Numbered from the stretch's first letter, positions 8,403 to 18,849 are shown. The stretch: 64,000 bases of DNA from Chryseolinea sp. (GCA_031412655.1 JANODK010000232.1:2855-66854), one strand, 5' to 3'. Numbers and translations are program-made. Notes: generated by a model from the letters alone, not told the origin.

Positions 8403-9863
8403 CTACAGGTTCAAATCCTGTAAATACAAAAGTGAGAAGACAAGTATAATTAAGATAGAAACGACATCCAGTACTATACCAGCTCGCATCATGTCTTTCA
8501 TTTTAATATGACCGCTGGCAAATACAATGGCATTCGGTGGTGTAGCGATAGGAAACATGAATCCACAACTGGCAGCAAACGTTACGGGTAGTGCTAATAC
8601 ATAAGGATCATACTGCAAACCATCAGCAATCCCGAAAACAACAGGAATAATAATGGTTACTAACGCTACATTGCTCAGGAACTCCGATAAAAATACGGTG
8701 ACTGCAATCAAGATCAAAAGCAATTGCCATAATTGAAGATTGTTCTGACTGGAGATCGCATCGCCAATCGCTTTTATTATTCCAGTTGTCTCCATTCCTT
8801 TTGCCAGGCAAAGTCCGCCACCAAAAAGAATTAAAATTCCCCAGGGTAGTTTATTGGTGTCTTTCCACTCCAGCAAAAATATATGCTCCTTAAAATTCAC
8901 GGGCATCAGATACATTAAAAGCCCACCCGTTATGGCAATGTTGGTATCGTTAAAAAGTTCGCTTCCAATAATAGTGTTTAGTCCTTGTTGAAATATCCAA
9001 AAGAAAGAGGTCACGCTGAAAACAAGAAGCACAAGTTTCTCTTCTGTCTTCATCTTACCAAGACTTGCAAGTTTGTTAGTGACAAGTTGTTGCGACCCTT
9101 CAACACTTTTTAGGTGATTGGGAAAAAGTAGTCGTGTGATAATAAAGTAACACATGAACAACAGTATAAGCGACATGGGTACTCCGAAAAGCATCCATTT
9201 AAAAAATGAAATATCGTGATGATATATTTGCTTGGCGTAACCAACGAATACAACATTGGGTGGTGTACCGATAATGGTACCAATGCCACCCAGACTGGAA
9301 GAGTAAGCGATGCTCAACATTAACCCCAATGCAAAATTCCGTTCGCCCTTGCTCATCACTTCTCCGCCTTCACTTGAAGAACTCCGAAGAAGTTCAATTA
9401 CTGAAACAGCAATAGGTAACATCATCAAAGCCGTGGCGGTGTTACTGATCCACATGCTGATCAGTCCGGTTGCTAAGGTGAAGCCAAGAATAATTCCATT
9501 TCCTGAAGTACCCGTTATCCGAATGAGATTGATGGCAATGCGTTCGTGAAGTTTATGTTTTTCTAATGCAATGGCAATCATGAATCCTCCCATGAAAAGA
9601 AAAACAGCCGGGTTGGCATAGGGAGCAGAAGCTTCTCCCATGGATAACGTGCCGAGTGCAGGAAAGACAGCAAGCGGTAACAAGGCAGTGACTGCCACGG
9701 GTGCCGATTCCATCATCCACCAGGTAATCATCCATGCGCCAAGAGCAATTACTCTGTTTGCACCGGGGGCAATGAGTTCATTCGAAGTAAAGAGGAGAAT
9801 CAAAACAAATAGCAAGGGTCCAAGAAAGAAACCGATATGCTTTGTATTCCATGTTTTGTTCAC
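8403..9863 (-). CDS. SLC13/DASS family anion (dicarboxylate/sulfate):sodium symporter
   Basis: 486 aa, polytopic. Shows the duplicated hairpin motifs SNTATALMMLP and the PPNAIVF / GTPPNVVF type characteristic of DASS permeases. Confidence 0.85.
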   Translation of the reverse strand: MNKTWNTKHIGFFLGPLLFVLILLFTSNELIAPGANRVIALGAWMITWWMMESAPVAVTALLPLAVFPALGTLSMGEASAPYANPAVFLFMGGFMIAIALEKHKLHERIAINLIRITGTSGNGIILGFTLATGLISMWISNTATALMMLPIAVSVIELLRSSSSEGGEVMSKGERNFALGLMLSIAYSSSLGGIGTIIGTPPNVVFVGYAKQIYHHDISFFKWMLFGVPMSLILLFMCYFIITRLLFPNHLKSVEGSQQLVTNKLASLGKMKTEEKLVLLVFSVTSFFWIFQQGLNTIIGSELFNDTNIAITGGLLMYLMPVNFKEHIFLLEWKDTNKLPWGILILFGGGLCLAKGMETTGIIKAIGDAISSQNNLQLWQLLLILIAVTVFLSEFLSNVALVTIIIPVVFGIADGLQYDPYVLALPVTFAASCGFMFPIATPPNAIVFASGHIKMKDMMRAGIVLDVVSILIILVFSLLYLQDLNL

Positions 9864-9898
9864 CAGCGTTACGCGTTAAAATTGAAGCATATTATTTC

Positions 9899-10528
9899 TT
9901 ACAACTTTGATTTGAGTTGTCCTTTGATTAATAGATTGTATTCATCACAACTCAACAAACCATAGTCATTACAATAGCCACAGGTTTGATAGATAAGGCC
10001 AAAGGCACCTTTCTTCGTGATGACGTGATCTCCTTTACACACGGGACAAACTACTTTTCCATCGGGTCCGCAATCAATATCAAAATCAGTGGAGAGTACT
10101 TCTGCGGCTTTCGTTGTTTCCTTTGATTTCTGTTTCAGGAATTCGTTTTCTGATTTCTTTAATAGTTGCGAGGCCTCTTCCGAGTATTGCCCGTTGGTTC
10201 CTTTTAATTGAATGTATTTGTTTAACCAGTCAATGCTTTGTTGATACTTTTCTAAGTGATAGGAATTTTTACCGAAATAGAAGGTTAAATCCGAAGGAAC
10301 ACTTTTTGTATTCTTTAATACATATTGAAATTTCTGATCGGCCACAATGTAATTGCCAGACTCCATAAACTGCACGCCAGAATCCAACACGCGCAGTAAC
10401 ATGGATCGCTTATACTGTTCAGCCTGCTGAATGTATTCTTGTTTTTTTGCATCTTCCTGTGCAACGCTAACCGATGCATACAAAACTAAACTCAGCACTG
10501 CCCACATTACTTTCGTCTTCATCTTCAT
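9899..10528 (-). CDS. Secreted hypothetical protein with C-terminal CxxC...CxxC zinc-ribbon-like motif
   Basis: Likely start MKMKTKVMWAVLSLVLYASVSVA (signal peptide), one nt after the stop of the upstream gene. Contains VCPVCKGD...CGYCNDYG. Confidence 0.55.
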   Translation of the reverse strand: MKMKTKVMWAVLSLVLYASVSVAQEDAKKQEYIQQAEQYKRSMLLRVLDSGVQFMESGNYIVADQKFQYVLKNTKSVPSDLTFYFGKNSYHLEKYQQSIDWLNKYIQLKGTNGQYSEEASQLLKKSENEFLKQKSKETTKAAEVLSTDFDIDCGPDGKVVCPVCKGDHVITKKGAFGLIYQTCGYCNDYGLLSCDEYNLLIKGQLKSKL

Positions 10529-10529
10529 A

Positions 10530-11537
10530 TTAAATAAATCGTTCTTTCTTAACATCAAGCCACGCCAGGGTTGAGTGATGAAAAATATCCTCTTTTACTT
10601 TTGTATCCAACGGCATGTCTTCAATAAACTTACCAATTTCCAAATCGCCTAACGGGAAAGGATAATCAGAACCTAACGTTATTCTGGCTGAACCTTGAAG
10701 TTTTAATACATATTCCAGCATCAACTCATCATGGGTCACGCTATCCACCCAAAACTTACCCAAATATTTTCGAGGGTCAACCGGATTGTCAATCGCCACT
10801 AAATCCGGGCGACAATCGAAACCATGCTTTATTCTTCCGATCGTTGGGAAGAAAGAACCTCCCGCATGTGCAAAGTTCACCCGCAGGTGAGGTAGCCTTT
10901 CAAAAATTCCGCCAAAGATCATGGAGCATATTGCGCGTGAAGTTTCGGCCGGCATTCCTACCAGCCAGGGAAGCCAATAGCGCTGCATGTGTTTCTGTCC
11001 CATCATGTTCCAGGGATGCACTAACAACGCCATGCCTAACTTTTCGCAGACTTCAAAGATGGGGAAGAAGCGCTCTTCATTCAAATTGAGGTCTTCTATG
11101 TTCGATCCGATTTGAATGCCTTGCAGTCCAATTTCTTTACATCGTTCCAATTCTTGTATCGCCAGTTCAGTATCCTGCATAGGGATGGTTCCCAGGCCTA
11201 AATAGTTCTTTGGATGCTTTACAATTAATTCGGCAATGTGGTCATTTAAAAATTTCGAAAGCTCGAGACAATCGTATGGCTTTGCCCAATACGAAAACAT
11301 AACCGGGATTGTACACACTACCTGTACTTGTGTGTTAAACTTCTCGTATTCTTTGATTCGCAATTCGGCATTCCAGGCATTCTCTTTTATTTCGCGAAAG
11401 AACTGATTTCCCCGCATCATCTTCGCTACACCTTTTTTGTGGTGTTGCAAGTAAATAAAATCGCCATAGCCAAATTTCTCACTCCAGTTGGGTAGCTTTT
11501 TAGGGATGATGTGTGTATGGCTGTCAATTTTAAGCAT
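10530..11537 (-). CDS. 2-amino-3-carboxymuconate-6-semialdehyde decarboxylase-like amidohydrolase
   Basis: End-to-end resemblance to animal ACMSD as I recall it: KIDSHTHIIPK, VPVMFSYWAKP, YWLPWLVGMPAETSRAICSMIFGGIFE, FAHAGGSFFPTIGRIKHGF, LGSDYPFPLG. Confidence 0.8.
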   Translation of the reverse strand: MLKIDSHTHIIPKKLPNWSEKFGYGDFIYLQHHKKGVAKMMRGNQFFREIKENAWNAELRIKEYEKFNTQVQVVCTIPVMFSYWAKPYDCLELSKFLNDHIAELIVKHPKNYLGLGTIPMQDTELAIQELERCKEIGLQGIQIGSNIEDLNLNEERFFPIFEVCEKLGMALLVHPWNMMGQKHMQRYWLPWLVGMPAETSRAICSMIFGGIFERLPHLRVNFAHAGGSFFPTIGRIKHGFDCRPDLVAIDNPVDPRKYLGKFWVDSVTHDELMLEYVLKLQGSARITLGSDYPFPLGDLEIGKFIEDMPLDTKVKEDIFHHSTLAWLDVKKERFI

Positions 11538-11638
11538 GGAGTGGTTAATGAATCTCGAAATATCGAAGATTTTTACCTGCCATCAAATCCATAAAAATGA
11601 ATTAGCTTTATCAATCATCTAAACCGGGGAGATCGCTT

Positions 11639-12463
11639 ATGTATATAGATGCTCATCAACATTTTTGGCGATATGATTCTGTGAGGGATTCATGGATTAC
11701 AGATTCCATGAACGTAATAAAGCGGGATTTTCAACCTTCTGATCTGCAGCCCATATTGGTGCAGCACAATTTTGTGGGATGTGTTGCGGTGCAGGCCGAT
11801 CAGTCAGAACATGAAACACACGCCCTTCTTTTTCATTCTGATCACCATGATTTTATCAAAGGCGTGGTGGGCTGGGTCGATTTAATGGCGTCCAATCTTC
11901 GCGAGCGACTGGATTATTTTTCTCAATTCGAAAAGTTGAAAGGAATACGGCATGTCATTCAATCGGAGCCAGCGGGTTTTATGTTGCGACCGGAATTTGT
12001 GCGTGGAATAAAAATACTTCACGAATACAATCTAACTTATGACCTGCTGATTTACCATCACCAGCTGGAAGAAGCATTACTTTTTGTTCAGCAGTTTCCA
12101 AATCTGAAGATTGTTATAGATCATATTGCGAAGCCATCTATAAAAACAAAAGAGAAGACGCATTGGGAATTGAACATGGCAGCCATGGCAACATTCGAAA
12201 ACGTGTATTGCAAAATTTCAGGAATGGTAACGGAAGCGGATTGGTCTGATTGGAAGCCGGAGGATTTCTTTCCTTACCTTGATGAACTTTTCGAAAGCTT
12301 TGGACCGACTCGATTAATGTATGGTTCCGATTGGCCGGTCTGTTTACTTGCGGCAACGTATGATCAGCAATTGAACATCGTTGAACAATACACCTCCCGA
12401 TTAAAAAATAATGAAAAGCTTTTGGTGATGGGTGAAAATGCCGGAAGATTTTATAATCTTTAG
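11639..12463 (+). CDS. Amidohydrolase_2 (cog3618-type), candidate L-fucono-1,5-lactonase
   Basis: Starts MYIDAHQHFW and ends with the GSDWPV motif. Sits next to fucP, a mutarotase and an SDR. Confidence 0.7.
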   Translation: MYIDAHQHFWRYDSVRDSWITDSMNVIKRDFQPSDLQPILVQHNFVGCVAVQADQSEHETHALLFHSDHHDFIKGVVGWVDLMASNLRERLDYFSQFEKLKGIRHVIQSEPAGFMLRPEFVRGIKILHEYNLTYDLLIYHHQLEEALLFVQQFPNLKIVIDHIAKPSIKTKEKTHWELNMAAMATFENVYCKISGMVTEADWSDWKPEDFFPYLDELFESFGPTRLMYGSDWPVCLLAATYDQQLNIVEQYTSRLKNNEKLLVMGENAGRFYNL

Positions 12464-12466
12464 TTC

Positions 12467-13246
12467 ATGAACTTAGAACTACAAGATAAAGTGATAATCG
12501 TTACCGGAGGTGCCAAAGGTATCGGTGAGGGTATTGTAGAAGTACTCGCCAAAGAAGGTGCAATACCAGTAATCGTTGGAAGGAGTGAAGCAGATAATAA
12601 TGTAACCGTATCAAAAGTTACTAAGGCTGGTGGAAAATGCTTTCAGGTTGTGGCGGAACTTTCCAATCCGGATGAATGCAAGCAAGCGGTTGAAAACATC
12701 GTAAAGCAATTTGGTAAGATCGATGGTTTGGTAAATAATGCAGGTGTAAATGATGGAGTAGGGTTGGAGCATGGAAGTTATGAACGCTTCATGGAATCGC
12801 TTCATAAAAACTTAGTGCATTATTATTTGATGGCACATCATGCATTACCGATGCTCATCAAATCGAAAGGTGCGATTGTAAACATCGGCTCAAAGACAGC
12901 CGAAACCGGACAGGGTAATACTTCTGCCTACGCAGCATCTAACGGAGGACGCAATTCATTGACGCGCGAATGGGCGGTCGAATTATTACCTTACGGGATT
13001 CGGGTGAACGCCATTATTGTGGCAGAATGTTATACACCACTGTACGACAAGTGGATCAAAACATTTTCAAATCCCGAAGAAAAATTAAAAGACATCACAA
13101 ACAAAATACCGTTTGAAAAGAGAATGACCACCAGCGAAGAGATTGCAAACATGACTGCATTTCTGTTGTCAGAAAAATCAAGTCACACTACAGGACAACT
13201 AATTCATGTGGATGGTGGGTATGTTCATTTGGATCGGGCCATTTAA
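12467..13246 (+). CDS. SDR family oxidoreductase (candidate L-fucose or 2-keto-3-deoxy-L-fuconate dehydrogenase)
   Basis: TGGAKGIGEG cofactor motif, NNAG, YAASNGG active-site region. The substrate is inferred from context only. Confidence 0.8.
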   Translation: MNLELQDKVIIVTGGAKGIGEGIVEVLAKEGAIPVIVGRSEADNNVTVSKVTKAGGKCFQVVAELSNPDECKQAVENIVKQFGKIDGLVNNAGVNDGVGLEHGSYERFMESLHKNLVHYYLMAHHALPMLIKSKGAIVNIGSKTAETGQGNTSAYAASNGGRNSLTREWAVELLPYGIRVNAIIVAECYTPLYDKWIKTFSNPEEKLKDITNKIPFEKRMTTSEEIANMTAFLLSEKSSHTTGQLIHVDGGYVHLDRAI

Positions 13247-13317
13247 AAGTCATCTACGATAAATTAAAAATCACTAGTCAAAAATCACTCATCACAAATC
13301 AAATCCTAAACCAGATC

Positions 13318-14640
13318 ATGCCCATCACTAACACCAGCACCGCAACATCTTCAGACTATGTAGCGGGTAAAAAGTATTTGCTTCCTTTTATTTTAGTTAC
13401 GAGTTTATTTTTTCTGTGGGGCATCGCCAACAGTTTAAATGGAACACTGATCAAACATTTTCAAACCGCATTAAATCTCAATCGCGCGCAAGCGGGTATT
13501 GTTGATTCGGCATTTTACATTGGCTATTTTGTAATGGCACTTCCCGCTGCGTTTTTGATGAATAGGATCGGATATAAGAAAGGTATTCTCATCGGACTCG
13601 GATTGTATGTTGTTGGAGCATTGCTTTTCTTCCCGGCTTCTGAGATACGTGTGTACAGTATATTTCTGTTTGCATTATTTGTTATTGCTTGTGGACTAGC
13701 CTTTCTGGAGACAGCAGCCAATCCTTATGTAACGGTTTTGGGTGATCCAGCTACTGCAGAGAGGCGAATCAATTTTTCTCAATCCTTTAATGGACTCAGT
13801 ATTATTTTGGGCCCAATGATCGGAAGCCTGGTTATTTTTTCTGATAAAGAATATACAAACGAAATGTTGAAGGCCATGCCCGTGGCAGAAGCTGAAACCA
13901 TACGTATTGCAGAGGCGCAGTCAGTACAGATGCCTTATTTAATTATTGCAGGTGTTGTATTTTTTGTAGCCATTTTATTTGCGATTACAAAAATGCCGGA
14001 GATTTCTTCGGCAGAAGAAAAAAACGCGTCAATCAAAGGCATTACCCGCCATAAACATTTAATGTATGGTGTGCTGGCTCAATTTTTTTATGTGGGTGCT
14101 CAAGCTTCAGTATGGGGATACTTTGTGGATTTGAAATTACATTTTGCAAAAGAAGAACATCTTCAACTTGTAAAATGGTTTTACCCTTTATCTGACACCA
14201 CAACTTTTACACAAGCTGCTGGTTTCCATGCATCTTTTGCCGCAGCACTTTTTATGTTAGGAAGATTTGTTGGAACATGGCTTCTTTCGAAGTTTAGTGC
14301 AAACAAATTACTTTCCTTCTATGCAGTAGCGTGCGTTCTTCTTCTTACGTATGCTTACTTTGGTTCTGGTTTATCAGCTGTCATTGCTGTAAGCTTAACA
14401 TATTTCTTTATGTCGATTATGTTCCCAACCATTTTTGTATTGTCTATTAAAGATTTAGGCGAACAGGTAAAGTTAGGATCAGGTCTTGTAATCATGGCGA
14501 TTGTAGGAGGAGCAGTGTTACCGCCCATTACAGGTTGGCTATCATTGAGTGGAGTTCAAAACTCATTGATTATTCCGATTGTAGGTTTTGCCGTGATTTT
14601 ATTTTTTGGTTTGGGTGGTTATAAAGTGCAAAAATCATGA
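13318..14640 (+). CDS. fucP: L-fucose:H+ symporter permease
   Basis: FFLWGIANSLNGTLIKHFQ, SAFYIGYF and LETAANPYVTVLG closely parallel E. coli FucP motifs. Confidence 0.88.
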   Translation: MPITNTSTATSSDYVAGKKYLLPFILVTSLFFLWGIANSLNGTLIKHFQTALNLNRAQAGIVDSAFYIGYFVMALPAAFLMNRIGYKKGILIGLGLYVVGALLFFPASEIRVYSIFLFALFVIACGLAFLETAANPYVTVLGDPATAERRINFSQSFNGLSIILGPMIGSLVIFSDKEYTNEMLKAMPVAEAETIRIAEAQSVQMPYLIIAGVVFFVAILFAITKMPEISSAEEKNASIKGITRHKHLMYGVLAQFFYVGAQASVWGYFVDLKLHFAKEEHLQLVKWFYPLSDTTTFTQAAGFHASFAAALFMLGRFVGTWLLSKFSANKLLSFYAVACVLLLTYAYFGSGLSAVIAVSLTYFFMSIMFPTIFVLSIKDLGEQVKLGSGLVIMAIVGGAVLPPITGWLSLSGVQNSLIIPIVGFAVILFFGLGGYKVQKS

Positions 14641-14966
14641 AACGACATTGCCTCGCCCTCGATCTGAAAGACGATCCCAAACTCATTGAGGAGTATGATG
14701 ATTATCACAAAAGAGTATGGCCCGAAATTCTCCAGAGCCTTCGAGATTCAGGAATTGAGAGCATGGAGATTTACCGTGTAGGCAATCATTTGTTTATGAT
14801 CATTGATGTGAACGATTCTTTTTCATTTGAACGAAAAGGAAAAATGGACAAAGAAAATCCCAAAGTTCAGGAGTGGGAAAAGTTGATGTGGAAATACCAA
14901 GATGCGTTACCCTATGCAAAACCGGGAGAGAAGTGGGCTGTGATGCAGCGAGTTTTTCATTTATAG
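14637..14966 (+). CDS. L-rhamnose/L-fucose mutarotase family protein
   Basis: 109 aa, EYDDYHKRVWPEI..MEIYRVGNHLFM pattern of the RhaM/DUF718 family. Its start overlaps the fucP stop. Confidence 0.75.
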   Translation: MKRHCLALDLKDDPKLIEEYDDYHKRVWPEILQSLRDSGIESMEIYRVGNHLFMIIDVNDSFSFERKGKMDKENPKVQEWEKLMWKYQDALPYAKPGEKWAVMQRVFHL

Positions 14967-15001
14967 AATAGAGTATTTAGAATTTAGCAGATAGAATAAT
15001 A

Positions 15002-16102
15002 ATGAGCGAGCCAAGGTATTATAATTTTTCACCTGAATATCTGAAGGAATATTCCAAAACTGTTTTCGTGCACTTCGGTGTGCCACCTCAGGATGCAGCA
15101 TTAGCATCCGAAGTATTATCGAAGGCTGATCTTCGCGGAATTGATTCGCATGGTGTAGCACGATTGCATACCTATTTCGATATGCTTCAAATGGGACGAA
15201 TCAATCCGAAGCCTAATATTAAAATTGTTCGTGAGAAAAAAAGTGTTGCTACTGTTGATGGAGATAATGGATTAGGTCTCGTTGTTGGTCCACATGCCAA
15301 TAGTATTGCCATGGACAAAGCAGATCAGTTTGGATCGGGTTGGGTAAGTGTATGCAATACAAATCACTATGGCATTGCTTCGTACTATACAATGAAAGCG
15401 TTGGAACGCGATATGATTGGATGGTCGATGACCAACTCAACAAAACTAGTAGCGCCATTGTGGGGAGCTGAGCGAATGTTGGGCACAAACCCAATTGCCA
15501 TTTCATTTCCAGGATTTAAAGAACCACCCATCGTTATCGACTTAGCAACAAGTGCTGCTGCGTATGGTAAGATTGAAATTGCACGAAGAAAAGGTAAACC
15601 CGTTCCGCGCGGTTGGATCATTGATAAGAATGGAGAACTGTCAACGGATCCCAATGATATGATCAATGGTGGAGCACTTTTACCACTGGGTTCTGAATTT
15701 CAAACCGGTGGACATAAAGGGTATGCTCTTTCTTCGATGGTTGATATTTTATGCTGTGTATTGAGCGGAGCAAACTGGGGGCCCTTCGCACCACCCTTCG
15801 CCTTGCGCCAAGAAATTCCTTCACGAAGTGTAGGTAAAGGTATCGGTCATTTTTTTGGTGCCATGGAAATTGATGGCTTCATGGAAAAAGATGATTTCAA
15901 AAAAATGATTGACGAATGGATTCAGGTATTTCGCAACACAAAACCCACACCGGGCAATGATGCCGTTCTTATTCCTGGTGATCCCGAACGGCATGAAGAA
16001 ATCAAAAGAACGAAAGAAGGTATTCCTGTTATTCAAGCAGTGGTTGATGACTTGAAAGATATTTCAAAACAAACGGGAATTCCGTTTGAAGTTCCCGCTT
16101 AA
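15002..16102 (+). CDS. Ldh_2 family (malate/L-lactate/ureidoglycolate type-2) dehydrogenase
   Basis: DLRGIDSHGV, NHYGIASYY, GGHKGYALS motifs. Confidence 0.8.
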   Translation: MSEPRYYNFSPEYLKEYSKTVFVHFGVPPQDAALASEVLSKADLRGIDSHGVARLHTYFDMLQMGRINPKPNIKIVREKKSVATVDGDNGLGLVVGPHANSIAMDKADQFGSGWVSVCNTNHYGIASYYTMKALERDMIGWSMTNSTKLVAPLWGAERMLGTNPIAISFPGFKEPPIVIDLATSAAAYGKIEIARRKGKPVPRGWIIDKNGELSTDPNDMINGGALLPLGSEFQTGGHKGYALSSMVDILCCVLSGANWGPFAPPFALRQEIPSRSVGKGIGHFFGAMEIDGFMEKDDFKKMIDEWIQVFRNTKPTPGNDAVLIPGDPERHEEIKRTKEGIPVIQAVVDDLKDISKQTGIPFEVPA

Positions 16103-16126
16103 CTTGCCTCGCTTATTAATTCAGCA

Positions 16127-16996
16127 ATGACCAACGAGGAGAAAGCAATCAAGGCAACCTACTTCAGCATTTTTGGAAATGCGGCTTTGTCTCTTGTAAA
16201 ATGGTTGACAGGCTATTTCGGAAATTCGTATGCGTTGATTGCCGATGCCATCGAATCAACAACAGATATATTCTCTTCTTTACTGGTTTTGTTTGGGATA
16301 AAATACTCGAATCGACCTGCAGATAGAAATCATCCTTACGGACATGGAAGAGCAGAACCCCTGATTACATTCTTGGTTGTTGGATTCTTAATCACATCGG
16401 CCACCATCATTGCGTACAAAAGTATTTTAAATATTGGTACTCCTCATGCGTTACCTAAACCTTTCACACTGATTGTTCTCGGAGTAATTATCGTTTGGAA
16501 GGAAATATCTTACCGTGTTGTTATTCGAAGAAGTAAGGAGACGAATAGTTCTTCATTAAAAGCAGATGCCTGGCATCATCGCAGCGATGCTATTACATCT
16601 ATCGCTGCCTTTATCGGAATTTCAATTGCACTCTTTTTTGGAAAGGGTTATGAATCAGCAGATGATTGGGCTGCTCTCTTTTCCTCAGTTTTTATTCTGT
16701 ATAACAGCTATTTAATTTTCAGACCTGCTCTTGGTGAAATAATGGATGAACATCTGTATGATGATTTAGTTGAGTCCATTCGAAAAGTATCTCAAACTGT
16801 TGAAGGTATAGTGGATACAGAAAAGTGTTTTATTCGCAAAGCCGGAATGAAATATCACGTTGATCTTCACGCAATAGTAAATGCTCAAATTAGTGTAAAG
16901 CAAGGTCACGATATTGCCCATAAATTGAAGGATACTTTGAAAGATAAGATTCCGCGGTTAGGTAATGTATTGATACATATAGAACCTGGCAGTTAG
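16127..16996 (+). CDS. Cation diffusion facilitator family transporter
   Basis: YALIADAIESTTD, HPYGHGRAE, ADAWHHRSDA motifs plus a C-terminal cytoplasmic domain. Confidence 0.88.
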   Translation: MTNEEKAIKATYFSIFGNAALSLVKWLTGYFGNSYALIADAIESTTDIFSSLLVLFGIKYSNRPADRNHPYGHGRAEPLITFLVVGFLITSATIIAYKSILNIGTPHALPKPFTLIVLGVIIVWKEISYRVVIRRSKETNSSSLKADAWHHRSDAITSIAAFIGISIALFFGKGYESADDWAALFSSVFILYNSYLIFRPALGEIMDEHLYDDLVESIRKVSQTVEGIVDTEKCFIRKAGMKYHVDLHAIVNAQISVKQGHDIAHKLKDTLKDKIPRLGNVLIHIEPGS

Positions 16997-17148
16997 ATTT
17001 TATACGGTAGACTCTAGACACTATAGATTGGAATTTGTCCATAGACAACAGTTGATAGTCGATTGCAGTCTGTGGACTTGAAACTTAGAACTTTGAGCCT
17101 TGAACCTTGAAATATAAGCACTACCTTTAATTCATAAACCGATCATGC

Positions 17149-18849
17149 ATGAATCACGTAAATGGAAATTCTGACAGCAAATATGATGTTGTTATTTTAG
17201 GCGGAGGCCTCGCTGGGTTAACACTTTCGCTTCAGCTTCGAAAGTCAAGACCGGAAATATCAATTTTAATTTTAGAGATGCGCAATCATCCGGCAACTGT
17301 TGCTGGGCATAAGGTAGGTGAATCAACGGTGGAGTTGGGATCGCACTACTTACGCGAAGTTCTTAATCTGAAAGAACACCTCGAAGAATTTCAATTGCCG
17401 AAACACGGCTTGAGGTTCTTTTTTAAATCGAACAACAAAGAAGATATTACAACTCGGGTTGAACTTGGTCCGAGGGAACGTTTGCTCACTCCCAGTCACC
17501 AAATAGATCGAGGTACATTTGAGAATTTCCTGTCACAAAAAACACAAGACGAGGGAACCGTACTCACATTAGGCGCGCGTGTTAAAGATGTAATGCTTTC
17601 AGATGATGGACATACTGTTTTGTACATGAATCAAGGATCAGAGAAAACGGTTCAGGCGCGATGGGTAGTGGATGCAACAAGTCGTGCAAGCATACTAAAA
17701 CGCAAACTAGGTTTTCAAAAACCAATGGAGCATCACGTAAATGCCGTGTGGTATCGACTGAAAGGCGTAATTGATATTGATGACTGGTCAGAAGATCAAA
17801 AATGGCGTACGTTTCTTAAACCAGGATTGCGCTATTTAAGCACAGTCCATTTTATGGATAAAGGATATTGGCTTTGGGTTATTCCGTTGGGTTCTGGTAA
17901 TACCAGTATTGGTATTGTTGCTGATCCTGCCGTTCATTCTTTCGATGAGATCAATACCTATGAGAAAGCGTTGACGTGGATGGCGAAGCATGAGCCACTG
18001 TGTCACAAAATGCTGGAACCTAAAAGCAAAGACCTAATCGATTTTCTTTTCCTGAAACATTATGCACATGATACAGGTCGGTTATATTCTGATGAACGCT
18101 GGGGCGTAACAGGTGAAGCAGGTGCTTTTCTCGATCCACTGTATTCTCCGGGAACAGATTTTATCGGACTCAATAATTCTTGGCTTTCTGATCTCATTTT
18201 GCGCGAGCTGAAAGGAGAGGATATCAGCGTGCGTGCTACCGTATTTGAACAATCACATTTAGCATTGCTTGAAAACTGGATTCCGGTTTATCAGGATAAA
18301 TATTTGTTGATGGGCAACACCCAAATTATGGTGATTAAAATATTCTGGGATTGGGCAACATATTGGTCTGTTCCGGCATTACTCTTCACCAATCGCGGCT
18401 TTACCGACATCAAAATTTTAAAAGAACTTTTCTCCACACCAACAGGGTTAGGTAGAAAATTTGGTGAATTAAGCAGACGCATGCAGGATCTTTTCAGCGC
18501 ATGGGCGCCTTATGATACTGAAATATTTTCCAATCGCTATATCGATCCACTAGACCTTAATTACCTGAGGGATTTTCAACACGGAATTACAATACAGTAT
18601 GAACCCAAAGATTTAGTGGAGAAGATCAGGCAGAACATGGCCATATTGGAAAAGGTGGCAGCTGAAATATTCCGTCTTGTTAGCGCTCAGGTGTATGACA
18701 CGCCAATGGATTTGAAGGTTGATCCATACACAATTTCCCTTGATAGACATCCTGTTGAGATGGAAGGAGAAGGAGGTTTAGGTGTCGATTTGGATATTCG
18801 AAAGGATGTTGAGCGCATGTGGTTTTATAAGCAGAAGCAATTAGTTTAA
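17149..18849 (+). CDS. Flavin-dependent halogenase
   Basis: GGGLAGL dinucleotide motif plus the halogenase WxWxIP motif (GYWLWVIPL), and GEAGAFLDPLYSPG. Confidence 0.8.
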   Translation: MNHVNGNSDSKYDVVILGGGLAGLTLSLQLRKSRPEISILILEMRNHPATVAGHKVGESTVELGSHYLREVLNLKEHLEEFQLPKHGLRFFFKSNNKEDITTRVELGPRERLLTPSHQIDRGTFENFLSQKTQDEGTVLTLGARVKDVMLSDDGHTVLYMNQGSEKTVQARWVVDATSRASILKRKLGFQKPMEHHVNAVWYRLKGVIDIDDWSEDQKWRTFLKPGLRYLSTVHFMDKGYWLWVIPLGSGNTSIGIVADPAVHSFDEINTYEKALTWMAKHEPLCHKMLEPKSKDLIDFLFLKHYAHDTGRLYSDERWGVTGEAGAFLDPLYSPGTDFIGLNNSWLSDLILRELKGEDISVRATVFEQSHLALLENWIPVYQDKYLLMGNTQIMVIKIFWDWATYWSVPALLFTNRGFTDIKILKELFSTPTGLGRKFGELSRRMQDLFSAWAPYDTEIFSNRYIDPLDLNYLRDFQHGITIQYEPKDLVEKIRQNMAILEKVAAEIFRLVSAQVYDTPMDLKVDPYTISLDRHPVEMEGEGGLGVDLDIRKDVERMWFYKQKQLV

